Shown here piece by piece: positions 9,495 through 18,917 of a DNA stretch of 64,000 nucleotides. Each line of letters opens with the position of its first letter. The stretch's first letter is position 1. The notes under the pieces were generated by a model, which was given only the letters and a program-made list of their open reading frames with translations, was not told the DNA's origin and searched no databases. This DNA is from a virus. Made by a program: the position numbers and the translations under genes. Location of the stretch: IMG/VR virus record IMGVR_UViG_3300047678_000276, positions 1 to 64,000 of that record; one strand, written 5' to 3'.

Positions 9495-9574
9495 TTGCGT
9501 TTTATTTAATAGAAATAAAGTTCATAGGAACTTAAAAGATTATACGTTTAATTTCAGGAAATGTTACACCAGCG

Positions 9575-9665
9575 CAAAAGAAAAGCCCTAGGTGGCAACC
9601 CAGGGCTCTCTTAGACTTGGCAAAGTCTGCGTAAATATTAAACAAACGATTATAGCATTTACACT
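9575..9665 (-). ncRNA. putative small RNA from a class II promoter
   Basis: promoter 9669-9697, three hairpins, two with TTGCCA loops, last one followed by a T-run; no ORF. Confidence 0.55.
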
Positions 9666-9720
9666 ACATTATACGTTTGGCGTTTAAAAAAGTTACAACT
9701 TCGTTGGGATAAATCCACAA

Positions 9721-10374
9721 TTATTTTTGGCTCTTCTCCTTAATCTTGTCCCTAACAGCTGCAGCCCAAATCCATTCTTCATCCTGTTCAGCCTTAATTC
9801 TCTCAGCCTCAAGTTCTTCTAAGGTCATTGTGTCGAGCATTTCCTGTTTAGTTACTTGTTTTCCTTTAAACTCTTTTTGAGAATTTAACATGCTGGTTAG
9901 GAGTTTATTTCTTAATTCGTGTAATTCATTTAGGTTAGAAAAATCCCCTTTGAACATTGATTCTCCTGTTCCGCCGTTTGTTAGATCTATAATATTGATT
10001 GAACCTTTTATATCTTGTCCTGCTGGACCTGACATATTTCTCAGGAAATCTAGAGGAGAAGCTGGCATTGGTGATTTTGGTTTTAACAGAACAATAACAG
10101 CTTCGCCGATTGTTTGAAGCTTTTGTTTTATTTCTACAGATATAACTATAATGGCCATTAGAAATAATAAAGCTAAGCCCCCAGTAAGTTCCACAGCATC
10201 TATTGCTTGTAAGTCATAAGTGGTGAATAATGATTGGCCTAATTTAATTAATCCTGTTAGTGTAAAACCAACAGCTACAACAATCATTATTAGTATTGCT
10301 ATAGATTTAAAAAATAAGCTTATTTTACTGCCAGCAGTTTCTTTTTTTTCAGGAGCATCAAATTTTATATCCAT
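9721..10374 (-). CDS. membrane protein, 2 TM helices, UVR-like C-terminal helix
   Basis: two hydrophobic segments; C-terminal A-x-x-x-EEW-x-x-AA-x-x-RD; TATCTTTG upstream (10394-10401). Confidence 0.75.
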   Translation of the reverse strand: MDIKFDAPEKKETAGSKISLFFKSIAILIMIVVAVGFTLTGLIKLGQSLFTTYDLQAIDAVELTGGLALLFLMAIIVISVEIKQKLQTIGEAVIVLLKPKSPMPASPLDFLRNMSGPAGQDIKGSINIIDLTNGGTGESMFKGDFSNLNELHELRNKLLTSMLNSQKEFKGKQVTKQEMLDTMTLEELEAERIKAEQDEEWIWAAAVRDKIKEKSQK

Positions 10375-10427
10375 GGTTTAATGAGATTTTAAACAAAGAT
10401 AATAATTTAAAAATAAAAAAACAAGAA

Positions 10428-10685
10428 TTATTCTGCTTCGTCTTGAAGTTCGTTATACAGGTCCTGGATGTCTGATTTGATTTGTTTTACCTCATCATCA
10501 TCCCAGGTAACTTCATCTACATAAAACATTAGATCACTAGTTAACTGGAGAACTTCATCAATACTTTCAACACTCTCTATGTCCCTATAGATTGACTCTA
10601 ATGCGTCGTTTAATATTGGATCATCTATCCTAATACAAAGCTCAGAGATCTCATCAAAAATGTTTTTTGCTTCTTTTAGATTCAT
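10428..10685 (-). CDS. acidic helical hypothetical protein
   Basis: ORF downstream of the sigma gene. Confidence 0.7.
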   Translation of the reverse strand: MNLKEAKNIFDEISELCIRIDDPILNDALESIYRDIESVESIDEVLQLTSDLMFYVDEVTWDDDEVKQIKSDIQDLYNELQDEAE

Positions 10686-10767
10686 ATCAACAGTTGTTGA
10701 AATTTATTCTAAATAGAATGTAAAAAAACAAAACCTAGACTTTTGATCTAGGTTCGTTAATTATTCT

Positions 10768-11427
10768 TTATGAGTTGAAAGAGAAGTCAGGAGTTTTTCT
10801 CGTAATGAATTCCTGAATTTCTGCCCGTCCACGATTCACGTATGCTTTAATACTTCCTTTTGGTAAGCCCGTCATCTCAACAATTTTATCGTAATCCAAA
10901 TCCTCTAAGTAGCGTAATTTAATTACTTCACGAACAGTTTTGTTTTTGATTGATTCGATTGCGTTAAGAACCATTTCAGCACGCTCTTGTTTTACAATAT
11001 CAGCAAACCCATTGCCCATGTTTGATTTGTCCGCAATTTGGAAACTGAATGTGCTGTCATCTGTATTGTCTCCGTTTTTTACGTTAAGTTCTTCAATACT
11101 TAATACCTCATACTTTTCAGCACGTTTGTAATCAATTAAGCGATTGTTTGCGATTGTATAAATCCAAGTAGACAATGCCGCCTCATTTGGATTGTAAGAT
11201 TCGAAATTAAGATGAATCTTTGTAAAGATATCCATCATTAAATCTTTTGCCACTTCTGTGTTGTAGCGTACACCCATGGACATTTTTTGAAGAACTCCTG
11301 GTTTAAACTTTGCAAATAGCTTTGCAAATGCTGCTTGCTTTTCAGATTCAGAACCTGATTTTATAATTAATGCCAAGACTTTGTCTTGGTCAATTGCTGA
11401 TGTTACTTCTGCTTTTGCGTTTTTCAT
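10768..11427 (-). CDS. ECF-type sigma-70 family RNA polymerase sigma factor
   Basis: region 2 (AKDLMMDIF...STWIYTIANNRLIDYKR) and region 4 HTH (LRYLEDLDYDKIVEMTGLPKGSIKAYVNRGR). Confidence 0.92.
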   Translation of the reverse strand: MKNAKAEVTSAIDQDKVLALIIKSGSESEKQAAFAKLFAKFKPGVLQKMSMGVRYNTEVAKDLMMDIFTKIHLNFESYNPNEAALSTWIYTIANNRLIDYKRAEKYEVLSIEELNVKNGDNTDDSTFSFQIADKSNMGNGFADIVKQERAEMVLNAIESIKNKTVREVIKLRYLEDLDYDKIVEMTGLPKGSIKAYVNRGRAEIQEFITRKTPDFSFNS

Positions 11428-11449
11428 GTTATTTGCGTTTTAGATTATG

Positions 11450-11478
11450 TTATACGTTAATAGATTCAAAAAGTTACA
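11450..11478 (-). promoter_or_regulatory. class II promoter in front of the sigma gene
   Basis: TGTAAC-N16-CGTATAA. Confidence 0.78.
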
Positions 11479-11482
11479 AAAC

Positions 11483-11788
11483 TTAAAAACTATTTTTTCC
11501 TTTCGGCGTTGGATCTACTTTCGGCCCAGGAACATTCCAGGGACTATCCTCATCAGGATCCTGTTGCGGGATAATTTCAGGTTTTGGCACAGTACTGGGA
11601 CCTGGTTTAACCAGCGGCTCTGGAGCAACCAACGGTTCAAAGCTCGTTTTAAATTTAAACTGTTTTAGATTTAAAAACCCCTTTTTTGTTTCACTGGTTA
11701 CTGGTGAAATCACTGGAGCTGCCAGCAGCTTTATTCTATTTTTTCTCATTTTAAATTTAAACTGTTTTAGATTTAAATTACCTTCCAT
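11483..11788 (-). CDS. Pro-rich hypothetical protein with internal duplication
   Basis: LNLKQFKFK twice, from a 29-bp direct repeat at 11647-11675 and 11749-11777. Confidence 0.55.
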   Translation of the reverse strand: MEGNLNLKQFKFKMRKNRIKLLAAPVISPVTSETKKGFLNLKQFKFKTSFEPLVAPEPLVKPGPSTVPKPEIIPQQDPDEDSPWNVPGPKVDPTPKGKNSF

Positions 11789-11798
11789 ACCTGCAGCT

Positions 11799-12722
11799 TT
11801 ATCTTGGCGGCTTTCTAGTTAATAATTGTATTTGGTCATCTACAACATCTTTAATGTCTTGGTTATATTTTATTCTAATTAATTTAATTTTATGTTTTTT
11901 ACAAAATTTAGTTTTAAATTTATCATTCTTTTGTGTTGTTTTAAAACCTTCTTCTCCACCAAACCAATCGACAATTTTATAATGTTGTTCCCCATCAAAT
12001 TCTATACACACATTAAGTGTTGGTAAATAAAAATCAAATGGTAAATAATTTTTTATTTTACACTGACCAAATGTTTTCTGTGTCTCAAATATAATGTTAT
12101 TTTTCGAAAGTATATTAGCTATTTCTCGCTCTCCTTTAGATTCTCTACATCTACCACATCCTTTTCCAGCCCAGTGTGCGTTTGGAGTTTGTTTAAATTC
12201 GCCATGTTCAGGGCAAAGAATAACAACCTGATCTCTACTATGTTTATATTCCACTAAAGAATAATCATATTTATTACCATGTATGTTTTTAGCTTTTTTA
12301 ATAAATTCAAAAGTATTATATGTTTTTTTGTTTGAGGTTGTTTCTATTCCGCACAAAAAACAACCATTGCTATTCATATGCCTATCAGGTGTTTGTTCAA
12401 ATTCGCCATGTTTTGAGCATATGATTTTTACTTTATTAAAAACTCCAGCATAGTTTACTAAAGAATAATTGTATCTGTTGTTATGTATTTTATTAGCTCT
12501 GTTAATAAACTCTATTGTATTCATTTTATAACCAGAACATGCTGGGCATTTTCTTCCTTTAAAGTGTTTACAAGGAGGAATCCAAAAACTCCCATGCACA
12601 GGACAAATTATTTCTACCAATTGTTGATTATCCTTATATTCAACTTTTGAGTAATCGTATGTTTCACCATGTACTATTACACTTTTATTAATAAATTCTT
12701 CTTTAGTTAATTTTTTTGGCAT
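11799..12722 (-). CDS. homing-endonuclease-like protein (repeated C-x-x-HG Zn modules + Vsr/DUF559-like nuclease)
   Basis: 3x YDYS-x-V-x-Y...CPxHG repeats; FDFYLP...IEFDGEQH; TATTTATA upstream. Confidence 0.85.
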   Translation of the reverse strand: MPKKLTKEEFINKSVIVHGETYDYSKVEYKDNQQLVEIICPVHGSFWIPPCKHFKGRKCPACSGYKMNTIEFINRANKIHNNRYNYSLVNYAGVFNKVKIICSKHGEFEQTPDRHMNSNGCFLCGIETTSNKKTYNTFEFIKKAKNIHGNKYDYSLVEYKHSRDQVVILCPEHGEFKQTPNAHWAGKGCGRCRESKGEREIANILSKNNIIFETQKTFGQCKIKNYLPFDFYLPTLNVCIEFDGEQHYKIVDWFGGEEGFKTTQKNDKFKTKFCKKHKIKLIRIKYNQDIKDVVDDQIQLLTRKPPR

Positions 12723-12770
12723 ATTATTTATTATAAATATACAAAAAATTTATTAAAATGAAGAATGGCA

Positions 12771-13835
12771 TTATATTATTTTATAGTAAATTGCTTTTTC
12801 TCTACCTTTTGCCTTGTCATTAATTATAGTTCTAAATAAATCAGTAAGTTCAGAATAAGATAATTTAGTTATTTGCAATATTGCATTAGGTATGAGATGG
12901 CTATCTATGTGTAATACATCTAATAAATCAACCCACAACGTCGGCGACAACAAGTAGTGATAGAATTCATGTTGGTAATTATCCGCCTTGCTATAGTAAT
13001 ACGCCAGCTCTTCTTTAGAATAATGCTTTGGTATACTGTGACAGATCAGATAATCAATAACTCCTTTATTCACCTCATGTAGAAGTGCAGGAAAATTTAT
13101 AGCCTTACAAAGAACGGTTGCTTGAGGTTTTCCAGGCTGGTCAAATTTTATTTCATTAAACCCCTGTGTTAATTGTTGCCCATTTTCAATTGCATTTTGA
13201 ATTCCTTCAGGGTTCATCATCCAAAATTGGAAATTGATTCCTGCTGTGAACTCATCATATAATTCCACCAGCTGTGGATTCATCTCATCCAGTTTATCTT
13301 TGACCAGGTAGTAAACTCCTTTCCAAATATGCATTGAGGATCCATGAACCAGCCCGTTTAAAATAACACGCTTTTGAATCTCATCTCTCATGGTGTTCTT
13401 TTGCTCCAGGCTGAGTTCTAAGAACGGTTCAGGATTATTATCTTGTTCTGTATCTAAATGAATCCTGGGCTCAATGAACGCCTTTAAATCGACATGTTCA
13501 GGAACATCATAAAGGTCTCTGATTATTTCAACTGCTAGGCTCTGGAGATCTGCAACAAATGGTTTCTCTTTTCTGGAGATATATTCGAACAGGCCCATAA
13601 CTTTTAAAAGAACGTCGGAGGGTTTAATCTCATCTCCGAATCGGCGCTGGAATAAATCACAAACTGATTTAAATTCTTGTCCAGCCAGGTATTCAGGTTT
13701 ATAGCTGTATACATTATTTGCATCCAAGGAAAATAGTTTAGCATCTAGTTTCTTTATTATTCCCCTGTTTGGAGTATAAGGAAGATTCTGGATTGTCTTA
13801 GAGAATTCTTTATTGCCTATGTCTATTTTTGCCAT
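12771..13835 (-). CDS. conserved large-phage hypothetical protein
   Basis: long ORF; FPALLHE-x-x-KG motif; TATCTTTG upstream (13841-13848). Confidence 0.8.
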   Translation of the reverse strand: MAKIDIGNKEFSKTIQNLPYTPNRGIIKKLDAKLFSLDANNVYSYKPEYLAGQEFKSVCDLFQRRFGDEIKPSDVLLKVMGLFEYISRKEKPFVADLQSLAVEIIRDLYDVPEHVDLKAFIEPRIHLDTEQDNNPEPFLELSLEQKNTMRDEIQKRVILNGLVHGSSMHIWKGVYYLVKDKLDEMNPQLVELYDEFTAGINFQFWMMNPEGIQNAIENGQQLTQGFNEIKFDQPGKPQATVLCKAINFPALLHEVNKGVIDYLICHSIPKHYSKEELAYYYSKADNYQHEFYHYLLSPTLWVDLLDVLHIDSHLIPNAILQITKLSYSELTDLFRTIINDKAKGREKAIYYKII

Positions 13836-13853
13836 TTCAGCAAAGATACGATT

Positions 13854-14459
13854 TTATTCCTTTAAGCCAAATTTCAATTCTTTATATCCTGCTGGTATTT
13901 CTTTTTCCATAGATATGATGTTGCGAGCCCAAGAGCCGATTAATCCTTTTGGATCTCTGCCTCTGAAATCTCCACCGCCTCCACCGTTTCCTTCTGCTGT
14001 TAACAGGGAGAGAGGATGAATTTGATATCCGTCTTTCTCAGGAGACTTTGATTTATCCACATATTGTTTTGTGGTATGATTCACAACAAACTTATATTTG
14101 CTTGATTGTGCTAAGGTTAAAGCTTTTGGACTTTGAATCTTGAAAGATAATTGTTCTCCTTCTGTTCTTTCTTCATCAGACATTGAATATAAATTATCTT
14201 CAGATCCTTCTTCAGGAGCTGCATAATCACCTGCCCAAACAATTGGTTTTTTATACCAAGCACCGCCAGGGATTAATAATTTCTCAACACAGTGCATGAG
14301 TTTGTTTTTAACGTAGGAGTGTTCCATTAATTTCAGGCCCTCACCTATCATGAATGATTTACCGTCATCACGTGTGAATTTTGATTTAACATCGTGGCTA
14401 TAGATCCATTCAATAGCTTTTTTGTTTTCGATTTGGCAAGGTTTATAATATTGTCCGAT
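13854..14459 (-). CDS. conserved phage protein (GQYYKP...GLKLMEHSY...VWAGDYA family), lacks ATG start
   Basis: frame extends 36 codons upstream of 14351 to ATC-GGA-CAA-TAT-TAT-AAA-CCT. Confidence 0.7.
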   Translation of the reverse strand: MGQYYKPCQIENKKAIEWIYSHDVKSKFTRDDGKSFMIGEGLKLMEHSYVKNKLMHCVEKLLIPGGAWYKKPIVWAGDYAAPEEGSEDNLYSMSDEERTEGEQLSFKIQSPKALTLAQSSKYKFVVNHTTKQYVDKSKSPEKDGYQIHPLSLLTAEGNGGGGGDFRGRDPKGLIGSWARNIISMEKEIPAGYKELKFGLKE

Positions 14460-14547
14460 AATTTTAACCCTCTTTTGGATGGGCCCTCATTTTAATTGTT
14501 AAACATTTATTTACTTATACTTGTATAGACACATTTAAATTAAAAAC

Positions 14548-15276
14548 TTAAAAATATTTCCACAAATAATTTCCTGCACTTTTTCTTTTGTTAACACATA
14601 CTTCTCTAATATGACCACCGCTTATTTTTAATTTCCTTGAAGCTTCTTCTGTGGATTTCCAGATTTTAATTTCATTTCCTTCTCTATCCAATTGAATTAC
14701 TTTTTTAGAAAGTCGATCTGATAGTTTTTCTTTTAAATTTTTAATTGGATCGACTGTATTTGATTTATAATTTTTTACAATATATCCTTTTATTAAGTGA
14801 TTTTTGTTTATACTTAAAGACAAAGAAACTCTTTTAACCTCTAAAAAATCAGCACAATCTATGTGTGCATCGAATTGTCTAAAAAACGTACCATCTTTTT
14901 TATAGAGGAAAACTGATTTTATAGCATTCTTGTCTCTGAAGCCTACCATCCCATCTCCACCATCAGTCAAATTAACTAAAGAACCTTTTTTATTATCAAT
15001 TTTTTTGCCGTAAAACTTTATTAATTCTTTTTCTTTGTTTTTTATCTGGTCATGGTCATCACTTTCAAAGATAATATTTATAGAATATTCTGTTTTAGAA
15101 GTTATATTATTCCAAAATTTACTTCTATATCTGCCTTTTTGTTTAGATCTAGAATAATCTTTCGAATTATTATATTTAGCCCCTATGCCAATATAGAATA
15201 TTTCATTAGTGTCTAACCTTAAATGTGAGTACACATAATACTTACCATTTAAATCTGTTGTCTTAATTATAATCAT
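14548..15276 (-). CDS. GIY-YIG-like homing endonuclease with NUMOD1-type DNA-binding domains
   Basis: YYVYSH...FYIGIG...E-x-ELIKFYG...LVNLTDGGDG; C-terminal VIQLD...W-x-S-x-x-EA...SAG-x-Y-x-W. Confidence 0.85.
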   Translation of the reverse strand: MIIIKTTDLNGKYYVYSHLRLDTNEIFYIGIGAKYNNSKDYSRSKQKGRYRSKFWNNITSKTEYSINIIFESDDHDQIKNKEKELIKFYGKKIDNKKGSLVNLTDGGDGMVGFRDKNAIKSVFLYKKDGTFFRQFDAHIDCADFLEVKRVSLSLSINKNHLIKGYIVKNYKSNTVDPIKNLKEKLSDRLSKKVIQLDREGNEIKIWKSTEEASRKLKISGGHIREVCVNKRKSAGNYLWKYF

Positions 15277-15303
15277 GTTTTTAATTATAAATATACAAAA
15301 AAA

Positions 15304-15327
15304 TTATAGTTTATAATACTGTCCCAT
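15304..15327 (-). pseudogene. orphaned N-terminus MGQYYKL* of the 13854-14459 gene
   Basis: ATG GGA CAG TAT TAT AAA duplicates GGA CAA TAT TAT AAA at 14442-14456; preceded by a class I promoter. Confidence 0.7.
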
Positions 15328-15408
15328 GTTGTTATTTTTTAAAGTTTATATATGAATAGAAAGGTTTATAGGGAGAACTTAAAAATTTCTCAAAAAAAAA
15401 GAGGAGAT

Positions 15409-16344
15409 TTAATTCTCCTCTTCTACATTTGATACTTCCGTTATTTTTGTGTCGATTCTACCGACAAGTTCGTACAGTTCTTTTTCGAGCAACTCTCCCT
15501 TTAATGCTTCAAGCAATGTTGTTGTGTTGTAGTAATTATCATTTGCAATAGCAACTTCAACAACTCTTTCTGGACTTAACTTACTAAGCAAGACAGCTAC
15601 AATATCAGAGGCAAACTCCTCATCTTCACAACTACCATACATATCAATCAAATCCGTAATATCATATCCTTTAACTTCTGTAGCAAGGATTAAAGCTTTA
15701 GGGCTTCCGCCTTTTGGTACATTTTCTTCTGTTACAATACCTTTTTGAAAAGTTAATTCACCGCAGTTATGTCCAAAGTCCTCATCAGCATAGCGCACAA
15801 ATAATTTAACTTTTGGAAACATTTCAGAAAGCTTTTTGATAATAGGATATGGAGTACCCCATGCTGTATTGAAACTGAACGAATCGATGCTTTCCTCTGT
15901 TTGAGAATAAGCATTCCATTTTGTTCCCCACTTATCGTTGCACCAAGAATACCAATCCTTATGACCGTATTTCTTTATGTTGTCAAGAGCTTGTTGACCA
16001 GTAACCAGATTAGCACGATTTTCTTTCAAAAGATAATCCGTCAATGTGCTTATATCTTTTATTCCTTCAGCTTTAACCCAAGGCCAAGATAACATGTTTG
16101 TTAATTCTGCTGAATCCCCTGTTTTTCTAAAGATAAGTATCGCCATTCCGTTGTCTGTAGAAGAACCCGATTCTATACGTAACTCTTCTGGCATTGGAAT
16201 AATCTTATTGAAATCGATTATGGTCCCAACGTCGTCATCTTCTTTTCCGTCCGCAGTTGCATCAGGTCGAATTGCGTTTCTTAAGGCGATGATATCTTCC
16301 TTGGCCCCTTTTAATTTTATTTGTGTTGTTACGTGATTAGGCAT
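15409..16344 (-). CDS. DUF1281/YubB ferredoxin-like domain protein
   Basis: MPNHV...DFNKIIPMP...WYSWC-x-x-KWGTKWNA...FNTAW-x-TP...YADED. Confidence 0.82.
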   Translation of the reverse strand: MPNHVTTQIKLKGAKEDIIALRNAIRPDATADGKEDDDVGTIIDFNKIIPMPEELRIESGSSTDNGMAILIFRKTGDSAELTNMLSWPWVKAEGIKDISTLTDYLLKENRANLVTGQQALDNIKKYGHKDWYSWCNDKWGTKWNAYSQTEESIDSFSFNTAWGTPYPIIKKLSEMFPKVKLFVRYADEDFGHNCGELTFQKGIVTEENVPKGGSPKALILATEVKGYDITDLIDMYGSCEDEEFASDIVAVLLSKLSPERVVEVAIANDNYYNTTTLLEALKGELLEKELYELVGRIDTKITEVSNVEEEN

Positions 16345-16399
16345 GATGTATTGTTTTTATATTAATATATAATGATTAATAGGGAGAACTTAAAAACTT

Positions 16400-17161
16400 T
16401 TATCCTTTTAATTCAGTAATGTTTTTGCCTTGTTTAACAGAGTATGCTCTTTCCTTTTTATCAACCAACCCTTCTGTATATTGACGAACAACATTCATAA
16501 GAGTTCTCAATTGTTTGTCATCAAGATTTTCTTTTAACCCATCAATTTTGATTGTAATAGGTTTTGGCTTTGAAACTTTCTTTGCAGCAGTTTTCTTCTC
16601 AGTAGTTTTTTTATCAATCAAGAATACTACATCAGTCTGCATAAAATTGCTCTTGCTTTGTGGATAAGCATATGCCTCACAATTTTCAGGAGTAATTTCT
16701 TTTTTAGTTCCTTTATAAGGCTCAGTAAACACTTTATTGTTTTCAATATAAATTTCACCAACATCCCCTGTTTCTTCACCTTGCCAAGTTACCTGTCCGT
16801 TTAAGACATAACCATTTGGTGCAAGTATTTTATGAATGAGATAAACCAACCATTCAGTATAGTAATAGAATTTCCCACCACCATCCCACACAATTTCTGT
16901 CCCATCTTCATTTGGAACCCATTGACACCATAATCCTGGTTGAGTTCTTGGTGGTTTGTTATGGTCAATAACATCAGGCATTGTGCCTTGACCTGAATTT
17001 CCTGTGCCTTCAATGAAGAATTCACCTTCAACACCAAACTCTTTTGATTGTTTGCGTGCCATTCTACGAGTTCCTGAGAACTTTGTGATGAAATCTTTCA
17101 TCTTTTCTGATAGTGGCTTGTTTAATTCAAAACTGCCATCGAAGTCTGTTGTATATCCCAT
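16400..17161 (-). CDS. conserved phage protein
   Basis: MGYTTDFDG...QPGLWCQW...WDG-x-x-KFY...WQGEE. Confidence 0.8.
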   Translation of the reverse strand: MGYTTDFDGSFELNKPLSEKMKDFITKFSGTRRMARKQSKEFGVEGEFFIEGTGNSGQGTMPDVIDHNKPPRTQPGLWCQWVPNEDGTEIVWDGGGKFYYYTEWLVYLIHKILAPNGYVLNGQVTWQGEETGDVGEIYIENNKVFTEPYKGTKKEITPENCEAYAYPQSKSNFMQTDVVFLIDKKTTEKKTAAKKVSKPKPITIKIDGLKENLDDKQLRTLMNVVRQYTEGLVDKKERAYSVKQGKNITELKG

Positions 17162-17207
17162 ATTTGTTTTTTTATTAATAGAATGATTTGTTTGTGAAAC
17201 TTAAAAA

Positions 17208-17519
17208 TTAAATGTGTGGTAAATATCTGCTTGGCCCAGTCTCCATATAGTACTTGCCATCCTTTTCTTTGCGAACCATTTTAAACCCCTCAATAATATC
17301 CTGACAAGTTTGCTTCGCACCATCATTTCTGCCATCAGTCCGATAACCCTGGTCTGCTGCAGCTTCGATTGTTTCCAGAAATAATCTGATTGTTGATTGT
17401 TGTAAAGTTCTGTGCTGGTTAAATAGAGCTTTAATAAAAGCCTTTCTGTTCTCATCACTGAATGTGTTCACAAAATCTGTGATTGTTTCTGCTAATTCTT
17501 CTGGTGTTAATCGTTTCAT
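17208..17519 (-). CDS. hypothetical protein (HRTLQQS...DGRN family)
   Basis: ORF with overlapping class I and class II-like motifs upstream. Confidence 0.78.
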   Translation of the reverse strand: MKRLTPEELAETITDFVNTFSDENRKAFIKALFNQHRTLQQSTIRLFLETIEAAADQGYRTDGRNDGAKQTCQDIIEGFKMVRKEKDGKYYMETGPSRYLPHI

Positions 17520-17575
17520 GTTTGTGTTTTTATATTATACGTAAGGATAGAATAAAGATTACAGGAACTTAAAAA

Positions 17576-17836
17576 TTAATATATCCAGGTCTCAAGGATT
17601 CTTATTTCATATTCCAACCCGTCAATGTTAACCAGGAAATCTTCATATGGAGAGCCAGCGAACAGGTCAGGAATTTCCGTAAGCTCTATATCCATAACAT
17701 CGTAATGTTCACATATAGCTTTTGTAAGTCTTTCTATAAATAATTGTTTGCCGACTTTGTTGTTTGTTACATTATCAATTGTGCCGATCATTGGAGATTC
17801 ATTATCTCCTAATTCTATAATTGTGAAATGTTTCAT
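17576..17836 (-). CDS. hypothetical protein
   Basis: own class I promoter. Confidence 0.75.
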   Translation of the reverse strand: MKHFTIIELGDNESPMIGTIDNVTNNKVGKQLFIERLTKAICEHYDVMDIELTEIPDLFAGSPYEDFLVNIDGLEYEIRILETWIY

Positions 17837-17939
17837 ATTGTTTTTATTTAATAGAATGAAACTTCTGGGAAACTTAAAAATAAAAAGGGAGAGCTATTAA
17901 CTCTCCCAATTTACCCGTACCAAGATCAAGTCTTGTTTG

Positions 17940-18013
17940 TGAGAAAGGCGTGGAGTTGAACCAGCGACACAAGACTGTTCAGGTCTTTGCTCTACCACCT
18001 GAGCTACTTCCTC
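17940..18013 (-). tRNA. tRNA-Phe(GAA), atypical
   Basis: GAGGAAG/CTTTCTC acceptor stem, AAGAC-CTGAACA-GTCTT anticodon arm with C37, bulged T-stem. Confidence 0.72.
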
Positions 18014-18062
18014 ATTTATTAAAGTAAATATAATAAAGGGAGAGCTTAAAACAAAATATTTT

Positions 18063-18887
18063 TTAATTTTCTTCTTCGAATTCTGGTTCGTTAATTTCTT
18101 CTAAATAACCTGCTGCCTCACCGAAAGTATCCCACATTTCAGGGCGATAGCATCCAATAAGTTGTGAAGGTCTGCCTTCATTTCCAGAAGGGAATATGAA
18201 TTTGCTATTGAAAAAACCTTCTTCAGTCATTTGTCCTTTGATATTCACAAGGTTATCAAAAGCTAAGGCCGCTATTGTCAAGTCATGAATTCTGTCATGG
18301 CTGTGTGCGCCGTGTCCAAAATAATTGCCATAAGCAAGATGTTCCTGGAATAACTTATAAGCCCTGTCATATCTTTCTTGAAAGTCTTTTCTTCTATTGC
18401 CTGTGAAATTCTCCAATGGTTTGCCGATTGGATTAACATTTCTTTTTGAGAAGCTTTTTGAAGCTGCAATTATACTTTGTTGTTTTGGATCAATTTTACA
18501 TAATTGGTGAATTCTTTTAACCACTTCTGTATGGCCAACAACATCTCTGAAATAATTATTTGCTCCTCCAGAATAATCTTTCATATTCTTTATGGTGCGA
18601 TATAAGAATGTGCATCCACTATGATTAAAAGCTCCTTTTGAGATGGTGATATAAATACCCATAACATCATTAAACATCCCCATAAGATGGAGGTCACCTG
18701 AAACCGCAATTCCGCCTGCATTAAAACTAACTTCAAATTCTCGAAGCTTCAGAGCGCTTGCCAGATGTTTCATTGCTTTAAGACCTCTTTCTTTAAATTT
18801 GTCTTTTGCAGATTGATCATAAGAAAGGTCATTATACTGTACGAATCTTATAAGTCTTGCCAATTGGCTTGTGCTTGTTGTTTTCAT
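18063..18887 (-). CDS. hypothetical protein
   Basis: own class I promoter; N-x-GGIAVSGD...YRT...DYSGG-x-N motif. Confidence 0.8.
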   Translation of the reverse strand: MKTTSTSQLARLIRFVQYNDLSYDQSAKDKFKERGLKAMKHLASALKLREFEVSFNAGGIAVSGDLHLMGMFNDVMGIYITISKGAFNHSGCTFLYRTIKNMKDYSGGANNYFRDVVGHTEVVKRIHQLCKIDPKQQSIIAASKSFSKRNVNPIGKPLENFTGNRRKDFQERYDRAYKLFQEHLAYGNYFGHGAHSHDRIHDLTIAALAFDNLVNIKGQMTEEGFFNSKFIFPSGNEGRPSQLIGCYRPEMWDTFGEAAGYLEEINEPEFEEEN

Positions 18888-18917
18888 GTTGCTTAATTTA
18901 TATGAATAGAAATTATT

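Noticed and set aside
14460-15303. Group I intron carrying the endonuclease
   Set aside because: Non-coding flanks (about 90 and 30 nt) are too short for a catalytic core, and no U/G splice junction restores the frame.
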